A stretch of DNA of 64,000 nucleotides from a bacterium (GTDB lineage: Bacteria; Auribacterota; UBA3054). Under the pieces are notes generated by a model that was not told where the DNA came from, searched no databases, and was given only the letters and a program-made list of their open reading frames with translations. Made by a program: the position numbers and the translations under genes. This document shows positions 56,619-64,000 of the stretch, one piece after another (the first letter of the stretch is position 1; each line of letters begins with the position of its first letter). The stretch covers positions 206 through 64,205 of the forward strand of contig JAGCGH010000081.1 of the NCBI GenBank assembly GCA_017649705.1, in the 5' to 3' direction.

Positions 56619-58877
56619 TTAGTCCTCGAGTTTCAGTTCGCTGTAGAAGCCCAGGTCGATCATGGCGCCGCCGTTGGCGTTCTTGCAGCCGATGGCGATG
56701 ACATTTTCGCCCTTCTTGAAGATCTTCTTGACGTCTTCCTTCTTGATCAAAACCGGGGTGTAGCCCTGGTTGTAGCCTTCCTGCTTGAAGACCTCCACGC
56801 CGTTGACATAAACGACGGGATCCTCGTCGTAGAAAATGTCCATCTCGATGTTCTCGTCCGGGACTTCCTTAAGCATGAAAACGCGCCTCAGATAGATCTC
56901 CTTGGTGTCCCATTCCGTCTTGGGCTTGGCGCCCAGGTCTCTTACGATGATCTTGTTTCCGAAGCCGCCTTCGCCCTGGCTCCACATATCATCGTTAAAA
57001 GAAGGATGGCTCCATTCGCCCTGGGGTTTCTCGAAGGTGTATTTCCAGACGACCTTTTCTTCCGTGCCCTTGGGCATGAAGCACTTTCTCGCCATGGGCT
57101 TGGTGGAAAGCGCGATCTTTTCGACGCGCTTGTGCATCTCCCTCATCTTGTCGGTGGGATACTTCACGACTTTTCTGTCATAGGTGACAAGGCCGTTGGC
57201 TTCCGTTTCCACGTCGGTGGTCTGGGTGTAGACGCTGCCGGCGAAACTCTCGTGCGAGCAGCGGGCCAGGTTGTCCATGATCTCGGCGTAGCGCTTGAGG
57301 GAATCCTCGATGGTGTTGTCGGAACGGTAGCCCCACTTCTTCTCGGGATTCCAGAGGTGGCCTTCCACGAAGTAACCCAAGCCGCCGAATTCGCCCACGA
57401 TGGTCAGCCTGTCGTCGTTGGCGGGGGTGGGCAGCGGGGAGGGATACTGGTGATGGTCTTTCATGTCGCCGCAGTTGTGATCAGTCCAGCCGGAGGTCTC
57501 GCTGATGAGGCGGGTGGAGTCGATCTGCTTGAGCCACTTGGTGGTCTCGGTGGATTTCTCCTTGTCGGGCTGGCCCCAGCCTTCGTTGTAGGCGATCCAG
57601 ACGACGATGGAGGGGAAGTTCCTCAGGTCTTTGATCATCTCCACCAGTTCGGCGCGGTAGATGTGGTATTTCTCCTCGGGCTTCTGGCCGCCGGAGACCA
57701 TGTCCTGCCAGACCGGGAAGCCGGCCTTGTCGCAGAGGTAGTAGTAGCGCCTCGGCTCGATCTTGATGTGCTTGCGCATGAAGTTGTAGCCGTGCTCCTT
57801 CAAGATGTCGATGTCATACTGCATGGCCTCGTCAGAGGGAGGAGTCAGCAGACCATCCGGCCACCAGCCCTGGTCCAGCGTGCCCTGCATGAAGATCTTC
57901 TTGTTGTTCAGATAAATTCTCTGAACGCCCAGCTCGTCTTTTTTGAACTCTATTTTGCGCATGCCGAAATAGCCCTGGACTTCGTCTTTTCCGAAAGCGG
58001 TTTCCAGAGTCAGCTTAAGATCGTAGAGGTTGCCCTCGTTGACGTCCCAGAGCTTCGGCTCGGGAATGGTCAGGGTAAGACCCTTGGACCAGTCGGCCAC
58101 TTCGCCTTCCGCGATCTTTTCGCCGCCGAAGGAAACTTCCGCCGTGACTTTGGCGCCCGCCAGGTCGCCGGCGCACTCCACGGTGATCTTCGCCTCGCCT
58201 TTTTCAATGTCAGATTCCACGTTATAGCCCGTGATGTAGCCCTTGGGGGTCGTTTCCATCCAGACGCTGCCGTAGATGCCGGAGACTCTGGTGTAGAAGC
58301 AGCCGCCGGGATTAAGGCTCTGCTTGCCGGTAGGCTGGCCGTAGGAATTGCTGGGGTCCCAGGCGGTCACCACCAAAGTGTTCTCGCCGGATTTGACAAG
58401 GCCGGTCACATCCACGGAGAAGGGCACGTTGCCGCCCACGTGCGGGGCTGCGGTGGCTTCAAGACCGTTCACGAAGACCTGGCATCTCCAGTCCACCGCT
58501 TCGAAGTTCAGGAAATAGCGGATGCCTTCCTTCACTTCCGGGATCTCAAAAGTTCTCTTGTACCATAAGGTCTCGAATGGTTCCGTCAGGCGGCCTACGC
58601 CGGAGAGGGCGGATTCCGGAGCGAAGGGCACCAGGATGTCCTGCTGCCAATTTTCGTCCTTGGGCATCTCCTCGTTGATCTTCGTCACGGCGAATTTCCA
58701 AAGGCCGTTCAGGTTCTGCCAGTCGGAACGCACAAGGTTGGGCCTCGGGTAATTCTGCCAGGCCGTTTCCGGCGTCATGTTTTCGCCCCAGGTCGTCATG
58801 ATGTGATCCTTGACGGGGGTGTAAGCGCAGGCGCTGATAGCGATCAGAGCCACTAAGAGGAACAAGCATTTTTTCAT
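56619..58877 (-). CDS. Glycoside hydrolase family 2-like, secreted
   Basis: Signal peptide; GH2 N-terminal sugar-binding region (…WYKRTFEIP…FEAVDWRCQVFVNG…) and …WIAYNEGWGQ…. Confidence 0.55.
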   Translation of the reverse strand: MKKCLFLLVALIAISACAYTPVKDHIMTTWGENMTPETAWQNYPRPNLVRSDWQNLNGLWKFAVTKINEEMPKDENWQQDILVPFAPESALSGVGRLTEPFETLWYKRTFEIPEVKEGIRYFLNFEAVDWRCQVFVNGLEATAAPHVGGNVPFSVDVTGLVKSGENTLVVTAWDPSNSYGQPTGKQSLNPGGCFYTRVSGIYGSVWMETTPKGYITGYNVESDIEKGEAKITVECAGDLAGAKVTAEVSFGGEKIAEGEVADWSKGLTLTIPEPKLWDVNEGNLYDLKLTLETAFGKDEVQGYFGMRKIEFKKDELGVQRIYLNNKKIFMQGTLDQGWWPDGLLTPPSDEAMQYDIDILKEHGYNFMRKHIKIEPRRYYYLCDKAGFPVWQDMVSGGQKPEEKYHIYRAELVEMIKDLRNFPSIVVWIAYNEGWGQPDKEKSTETTKWLKQIDSTRLISETSGWTDHNCGDMKDHHQYPSPLPTPANDDRLTIVGEFGGLGYFVEGHLWNPEKKWGYRSDNTIEDSLKRYAEIMDNLARCSHESFAGSVYTQTTDVETEANGLVTYDRKVVKYPTDKMREMHKRVEKIALSTKPMARKCFMPKGTEEKVVWKYTFEKPQGEWSHPSFNDDMWSQGEGGFGNKIIVRDLGAKPKTEWDTKEIYLRRVFMLKEVPDENIEMDIFYDEDPVVYVNGVEVFKQEGYNQGYTPVLIKKEDVKKIFKKGENVIAIGCKNANGGAMIDLGFYSELKLED

Positions 58878-58900
58878 ATTTATCCTTAAATTGTTATTGT

Positions 58901-60679
58901 TTACTTGAATTCGGGCCTTTCCTGCGTGAAGATCTCGCGCAATTTCTCAACGGGAACTTTGTCGGTCCTGTCATAATTGTAGACGCCGTTCTGCTCCTGC
59001 TCCACGTCCGTCAGCTGGGTGTAGCAGAAACCCTGGACATGCGGCGCATTAACGAAGCACTTGACGGTCTCTCTTAATCTCGTCAGGAATTCTTCCTCCG
59101 TCTGCGGCATGCCGCCATAGCCCCAGGTGTTGCTCGCGAAAGCTTTCCTGTCGGGAGGAATGAAGCCGATGCCGCCGATCTCGTCGACGACGTAGGGTTG
59201 GCCGTGATGCTTTACCTCCTGCTGCTCCGGGAAGTTCTCGTAATAACGCCCGCTTTCATCCGGAACCAGAAGCTCGGGAAGCTTGTCAGGCTTGTGGTAC
59301 ATGTGCACCGTCCAGATGTCGGTGGCGTAATGCACGCCGCCGGAAGCGGTGTTGACGGGGCGCGAGGGATCGAGCTGCGTGCAGAGCCTGTAAGATTCCA
59401 TATGGCTGTTTTCGTGCTGCAGTCTGTTCATGATGCCCCAAGTCTCGTTCCAGGGCGTCCAGGCCACGATGGAGGGATGGTTGCGGTCTCTAAGCAAAAC
59501 TTCCTTCCACTCGCGCTTGTGGTTCTCGCAGGCTTCCGCCATGTTGGGGTCGCAGCCCCAGCTTGGGAATTCGCCCCAGGTCAGGTATCCGAGCTTGTCC
59601 GCCCAGTAATGGAACCTTTCCTCGAAGACTTTCTGGTGCAGCCTCGCGCCGTTGAAGCCGGCCGCCATGGACATCACGATGTCCTGCTTTAAGGCCGCGT
59701 CGCTGGGAGCCGTCCAGATGCCGTCGGGATAGAAGCCCTGGTCCAGCACCATGCGCATGAAGATGGGCTCGTTGTTCAGGTAGATCTTGCCGTTGGCGCA
59801 GTGGTATTTTCTAAGCCCGGTGTAAGATTTGACGGAATCACAGACAGAACCGTCCAGCACAGTCTCGAATTCCACGTCGTAAAGATAGGGATCACTAGGC
59901 GACCAGAGACGCATCTCGTCGAAGGACAATTCGTACTGCTTCCCTTCCTTGGCGTCCCATTCCCCTTCCGTGACTACCTTGCCTTCGCTCAAAACGCGGC
60001 AGCGGAATTTCAGCCCTTCCGGAACTTCGTAGAAAGAGGGCGTGAGATAAAGTTTCTTTTCGTCGATATCCGGGCGCATGAAGCAGTCCGCCAATCCTGC
60101 CTTGCCAACCGCCTCCACCCAGACCGTCTGCCAGATGCCGGTGGTCCTCGTATACGAGCAGCCGTGGGACTGGTAGACGAAGCACTGCTTGCCGTAAGGG
60201 TGCGTGCAGCCCACGTTGCCGAAATCCGAGCCCTTCAAGCCCACCCGCATGACGTCCTCGACGCGCAAAACGAGATCCATTTCCTCGCCGAACTTGGCCT
60301 TCTCGGTGATGTCGTAACTGAAAGAGCAGGCGCCGCCCAGATGCTTGCCCACGGATTCGCCGTTCAAATAAGCCTCGGACTCGTAGTCCACTCCGCCAAA
60401 ATGCAGAATTATCCTCTTCCCTTCCCAATCGGAGGGAACAAGAAGCTTCCTGTGATACCACATCCCCTCGATGAAATCGTAATACCCCACGCCGGACAAA
60501 GGGCTCTCCGGGCAGAAAGGCACCGTGATCTCCTTATCAAAACCTTTGCTTAAAAACAGCTCGCGTCCTTTGTCGGCGCCGGAGCGTCCGAAATCGAAAG
60601 TAAAAGTCCACTGACCGTTCAGATTGAGCCAGCGCTCCCTCTGAAACTGGGGCTTGGGATGTTCGGGTCTGGGGATCAT
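58901..60679 (-). CDS. Glycoside hydrolase family 2-like
   Basis: …WYHRKLLVP…HFGGVDYESEAYLNGESVG… and …WTPWNETWG…. Confidence 0.55.
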   Translation of the reverse strand: MIPRPEHPKPQFQRERWLNLNGQWTFTFDFGRSGADKGRELFLSKGFDKEITVPFCPESPLSGVGYYDFIEGMWYHRKLLVPSDWEGKRIILHFGGVDYESEAYLNGESVGKHLGGACSFSYDITEKAKFGEEMDLVLRVEDVMRVGLKGSDFGNVGCTHPYGKQCFVYQSHGCSYTRTTGIWQTVWVEAVGKAGLADCFMRPDIDEKKLYLTPSFYEVPEGLKFRCRVLSEGKVVTEGEWDAKEGKQYELSFDEMRLWSPSDPYLYDVEFETVLDGSVCDSVKSYTGLRKYHCANGKIYLNNEPIFMRMVLDQGFYPDGIWTAPSDAALKQDIVMSMAAGFNGARLHQKVFEERFHYWADKLGYLTWGEFPSWGCDPNMAEACENHKREWKEVLLRDRNHPSIVAWTPWNETWGIMNRLQHENSHMESYRLCTQLDPSRPVNTASGGVHYATDIWTVHMYHKPDKLPELLVPDESGRYYENFPEQQEVKHHGQPYVVDEIGGIGFIPPDRKAFASNTWGYGGMPQTEEEFLTRLRETVKCFVNAPHVQGFCYTQLTDVEQEQNGVYNYDRTDKVPVEKLREIFTQERPEFK

Positions 60680-60816
60680 CTTGTTTCCTTATTGATAAAA
60701 TTAAAGAAGTTCATCATTATTGTAATTTTACCAAATAAGTGGAAGCAATTCCAGCAATTCGGCACTTGACTTTGAGACCCCTTTATACTAAAATTCTTCT
60801 CACCATTTTGACAACT

Positions 60817-60890
60817 AGGCGTGTGGTGTAATGGTAACACTTCGGATTCTGGTTCCGCCATTCTAGGTTCGAGTCCTGGCACGCCTGCCA
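60817..60890 (+). tRNA. tRNA-Gln (anticodon CTG)
   Basis: Cloverleaf read by hand. The acceptor AGGCGTG/CACGCCT shows the Gln-like unpaired 1:72. D-arm is GTGT-AATGGTA-ACAC, the anticodon loop is TTCTGGT, and the T-arm is CTAGG-TTCGAGT-CCTGG. Discriminator G and an encoded CCA. Confidence 0.8.
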
Positions 60891-60903
60891 ATATTAAAAG
60901 CAA

Positions 60904-60933
60904 AAGCGGCGTCTGTTGACGCCGCTTTTTTTA
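60904..60933. terminator. Intrinsic terminator after tRNA-Gln (also convergent with the manA end)
   Basis: aagcggcgtctgttgacgccgcttttttt. Confidence 0.65.
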
Positions 60934-60958
60934 TCGCTTTGGTTTTTCACCTTCGTTA

Positions 60959-61999
60959 TCAGGGCTGGGGCTGGGGGCGAGCCGCGATGGAGGCCTTGCG
61001 GTCCTCGTTCTTGTCGAACTTGCCTGCGAAAACTTCCAGCATGACGCAGTGCGTCGCGGGGACTAAGCTGAAGTCGTAGAGGCAGGCGGGAATCAGGATC
61101 GTGTCGCCGGGATGGAACTCGATGTCCTCGAAGAGACTGTCCGGGGAAATGATGGTGCCGTGTCCCTCCACGTTGCACAAAAGCCTGAACTGGTTGTAGG
61201 TGTAGTCGTGGATGGGCTCCCTGAAGGAATACTTGTAAAGCGAGAAGCAGTCGTTCAGGCAAATTTTGGAGCAGAGGCTGTTCAGTTTCACTTCCTTGAC
61301 GAAATCGTTCTGATCCTGGATCTTCAGAACGTCCACGGATTTTTCGATCTGCAAAGGCCGCGATTCGCCCTTCACGCCGGTGCGGTTGAAATCGTAAGCG
61401 CGGTAGGTGATGTCGGAGTTCTGGGAGACCTCCGCGGCGATGATGCCGCGGCCGAGGGCGTGGATGGTGCCGGGGGGAATGATGATGGACTGTCCCTTCT
61501 CCACCGAGTAAGTGTGCATGACGTCCATGGCCTGGCCCTTCCTGATGGCCTGCTTGGCTTTCTCAAGCGTCACGCCCGGCTTGACGCTGCGGGAGACCAC
61601 CGCGTTGGGCTTGGCGTCCACGATGTACCAGGCTTCGAATTTGCCGTTGCCGTTCTCGTACTTCATAGCGTAGCGGTCGTCCGGGTGGACCTGGACGGAG
61701 AGGGCCTCCTCGGCGTTGATGTATTTGAAGATCACGGGGAAGCCGGTGTAACGGTACTGATCGGCCTGGTGCCCGTAAACTTCCACGGGATAGGTCTTGC
61801 AAAGCTCCGTCAGGCTGATGCCCGCCAAGGGGCCTTCCGCCACCGTGGACGAATAGTTGGGATTGTCGACGATCTCGATCGATTCCCCCACGGGAGAGAC
61901 GTTGGGCGTGGGCCTGTTGAAGAAACGCGTTAAGCAACGGCCTCCCCAAACTTTCGCGCGATAGTAGGGCTTGAATTTCATCGGATAGAAAACTGCCAT
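60959..61999 (-). CDS. manA: Mannose-6-phosphate isomerase, class I
   Basis: …FKYINAEEALSVQVHPDD… and …GTIHALGRGIIAAEVSQNSDITYRAYDFNR… type-I PMI motifs. Confidence 0.75.
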   Translation of the reverse strand: MAVFYPMKFKPYYRAKVWGGRCLTRFFNRPTPNVSPVGESIEIVDNPNYSSTVAEGPLAGISLTELCKTYPVEVYGHQADQYRYTGFPVIFKYINAEEALSVQVHPDDRYAMKYENGNGKFEAWYIVDAKPNAVVSRSVKPGVTLEKAKQAIRKGQAMDVMHTYSVEKGQSIIIPPGTIHALGRGIIAAEVSQNSDITYRAYDFNRTGVKGESRPLQIEKSVDVLKIQDQNDFVKEVKLNSLCSKICLNDCFSLYKYSFREPIHDYTYNQFRLLCNVEGHGTIISPDSLFEDIEFHPGDTILIPACLYDFSLVPATHCVMLEVFAGKFDKNEDRKASIAARPQPQP

Positions 62000-62043
62000 T
62001 TGACTTTTACTCCTCTTTGTAGTATTATTATCGTCGTTTCCGT

Positions 62044-62119
<76 letters not shown>

Positions 62120-62123
62120 AATT

Positions 62124-62150
62124 CCGCCTTTTCGAGGGGCGGTTTTTTTA
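62124..62150 (+). terminator. Intrinsic terminator after tRNA-Ala
   Basis: ccgccttttcgaggggcgg followed by ttttttta. Confidence 0.65.
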
Positions 62151-62171
62151 TTTCCCGCGTTCACGTCTTTG

Positions 62172-62876
62172 TTACCAGTGTAAAATTTCCGCCACATGGG
62201 GCAGCTTGGGTTTAACGAGGGCCTTTATGGCCCTGGCGTACTGCACCATCTCCCACTGCGCGCCCGCGTGGTCCCTGATCTCCAGGAAATGCGCCAGGTT
62301 GTGCAGATCCACGGTGGCCCAGAAGGTGGTCATGACGTTCTGAGTCAGGACGCCCCTGGCCTGCTCGCGGCAGACGCCCTTTTGAAGCAGGGCTTCATAT
62401 TCCTTTAAGCTCTGTTCGTTGGCTCTTTTGATCATTTCCCTCGCTTCGGCCTGGGCCTCGGGAGACATGGTGTCCTCGGAAGCCTGGCGGTTGTTCTCGC
62501 TCTGAGACCTGACCATGGGGGGCACGTAAAATTCGATGTCCGTCTCGGTGTAGCGGCGGCTGATCTCGTTGTAGGACCAGGTGCGGTGGCGGTGCCACTG
62601 GCTTCTCACGAAGAGCGGACAGTGGACGATGAAGGAGAAGACCACATGCTCCAATGGGCTGGTGTGGCGGTTCTCCAGAAGATACTTCATCAGGATGATG
62701 TCGCGCTCCTTGATCTCGGAAACGAATTTTCCGAAGGAGACCCTGGCGGCGTTGACGATGGTCGTCTCGCTTCCCATCATCTCCACAAGGCCGACCCAGC
62801 CCTGGCCGTCCAGGACCTTGACGTGATCCCTGGGCGGTTCGTTGACGTTCAATACTGTTTCTGACATTTCACACAC
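62172..62876 (-). CDS. thyX: FAD-dependent thymidylate synthase
   Basis: ThyX signature …QWHRHRTWSYNEISRRY…. Confidence 0.85.
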   Translation of the reverse strand: MCEMSETVLNVNEPPRDHVKVLDGQGWVGLVEMMGSETTIVNAARVSFGKFVSEIKERDIILMKYLLENRHTSPLEHVVFSFIVHCPLFVRSQWHRHRTWSYNEISRRYTETDIEFYVPPMVRSQSENNRQASEDTMSPEAQAEAREMIKRANEQSLKEYEALLQKGVCREQARGVLTQNVMTTFWATVDLHNLAHFLEIRDHAGAQWEMVQYARAIKALVKPKLPHVAEILHW

Positions 62877-63000
62877 TCCAAAATTTCCAGCAAAAAGCTG
62901 TCACTTTCATCTTATCATCTCTGTCAATTAACTTCCCCCGACGGCCGGTTCCTTTTCCCCGGCGCAACGGGGAGGCATTTATGATAAAATAAATAGATAA

Positions 63001-63549
63001 ATGAAAAATACTGAAAAAGAAGAACAGCTTCTCCGCGAAGCCCTGGACGACTCCCTCAGGAAAGTCGGCAACGTCTGGGCCCCCTGGCGGACGGCTTACA
63101 TCGCCTCCCATCCCAGGGACGGCAGGTGCGTTTTCTGCGCCAAAGTGGAGGAAGGCCCGGAACACGACCGGGAAAACCTTCTGCTGGAGCGCGGCAAACG
63201 CTGCTTCGTTTGCATGAACGCCTACCCTTACACTCCCGGGCACGTTCTCATCCTGCCCTACGCCCACGTGGAGACCCTGGACGAATTGGACGAGGAAACT
63301 TACGCTGAATTCTTCGCGCTGCTCAAAAAGTGGCAGAAAATCGTTAAAAGCAGCGTGAACGCGGGCGGCCTCAACATCGGCATCAACATGGGCAAGATCG
63401 CCGGGGCAGGCATCGCGGAACATCTGCACATGCACATCGTCCCCCGCTATTTCGGCGACACCAACTTCATAACCACCTGCGCCGACACCCGGGTGATCTC
63501 CCGCTCGCTTCTCGACATCTACGATCTTTATCTCTCTAACAATAAATAA
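63001..63549 (+). CDS. HIT-family protein (GalT/Ap4A-hydrolase-like branch)
   Basis: Histidine triad HLHMHIVPR plus an upstream Cys pair (…CVFCAK…). Confidence 0.65.
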   Translation: MKNTEKEEQLLREALDDSLRKVGNVWAPWRTAYIASHPRDGRCVFCAKVEEGPEHDRENLLLERGKRCFVCMNAYPYTPGHVLILPYAHVETLDELDEETYAEFFALLKKWQKIVKSSVNAGGLNIGINMGKIAGAGIAEHLHMHIVPRYFGDTNFITTCADTRVISRSLLDIYDLYLSNNK

Positions 63550-63560
63550 AAACAACTGCT

Positions 63561-64000
63561 ATGAAAAAATCAAGCCTTACCTATCTGGAAAAACTCCTGA
63601 ACGCTCCCAGCCCCACCGGCTACGAAGACGGCGCCAGAAACATTTGGCGCGCTGAAATGAAGTCCTTCGCCGACAAAGTCTACGGCGACACCCACGGCAA
63701 CAGCTTCGCCGTCCTCAACGAAAAAGGCAAACGCAAAGTCATGCTGGCCGGCCATATCGACGAGATCGGCTTCCAGGTGCAAAGTATCTGCGACGGCGTC
63801 ATCAAGTTCCAGCCTCTGGGCGGCTTTGACACGAATATCATCCCCGGCCGCCGCGTCATCATCCACACCGCCAAGGGCGACGTTCCCGGCGTCATCGGCA
63901 AGAAAGCCATCCATCTCATGTCCGCCGACGAAAGAAAGAAAACCACGGAATTCCGCGACATGTGGATCGACACCGGCATATACGACGAGGAAGAACTGAA
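63561..64000 (+). CDS. M42-family aminopeptidase / FrvX-like (N-terminal part; continues past the window end)
   Basis: ATG at 63561. …LLNAPSPTGYEDG…GDTHGNSFAVLNEKG…MLAGHIDEIGFQV… is typical of the M42 N-terminus. Confidence 0.6.
   Translation, partial: MKKSSLTYLEKLLNAPSPTGYEDGARNIWRAEMKSFADKVYGDTHGNSFAVLNEKGKRKVMLAGHIDEIGFQVQSICDGVIKFQPLGGFDTNIIPGRRVIIHTAKGDVPGVIGKKAIHLMSADERKKTTEFRDMWIDTGIYDEEEL

Overview
The window is a high-GC (roughly 60% by eye) bacterial chromosome segment with most genes on the minus strand. The gene content suggests a PVC-superphylum-like organism: DUF11 repeat proteins, several FGE/SUMF1-domain proteins, a GldA/F/G-type ABC system, and GH31 and GH2 glycosidases. Recognisable core genes are dnaE, uvrB, yacG, tatD, rnhB, yraN, surE, thiL, tsaE, thyX, manA, an addB/addA-like pair, a malic enzyme, tRNA-Gln(CTG) and tRNA-Ala(GGC).

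The main finding is a ~4.35 kb strongly AT-rich island (about 8660-13006). It is inserted exactly at the stop codon of a secreted HExxH metallopeptidase gene. It is flanked by a 123-bp perfect direct repeat of that gene's 3' end, plus a diverged, AT-richer paralogous 3' remnant. The island carries two tandem radical-SAM/SPASM enzymes, an unannotated 49-aa ORF with a strong RBS that overlaps the first radical-SAM start (a candidate RiPP precursor), and a 278-aa orphan protein. No integrase is present.

A second compositional anomaly is an in-frame low-GC segment (about 22300-23110) replacing the transmembrane core of an otherwise GC-rich ABC exporter gene. Other points of interest are a triplicated FGE-domain module, tandem DUF11 paralogs, tandem GH31 paralogs, and an SBP-sulfotransferase-ABC-ABC operon.

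Most long plus-strand ORFs in the track are antisense shadows of minus-strand genes.
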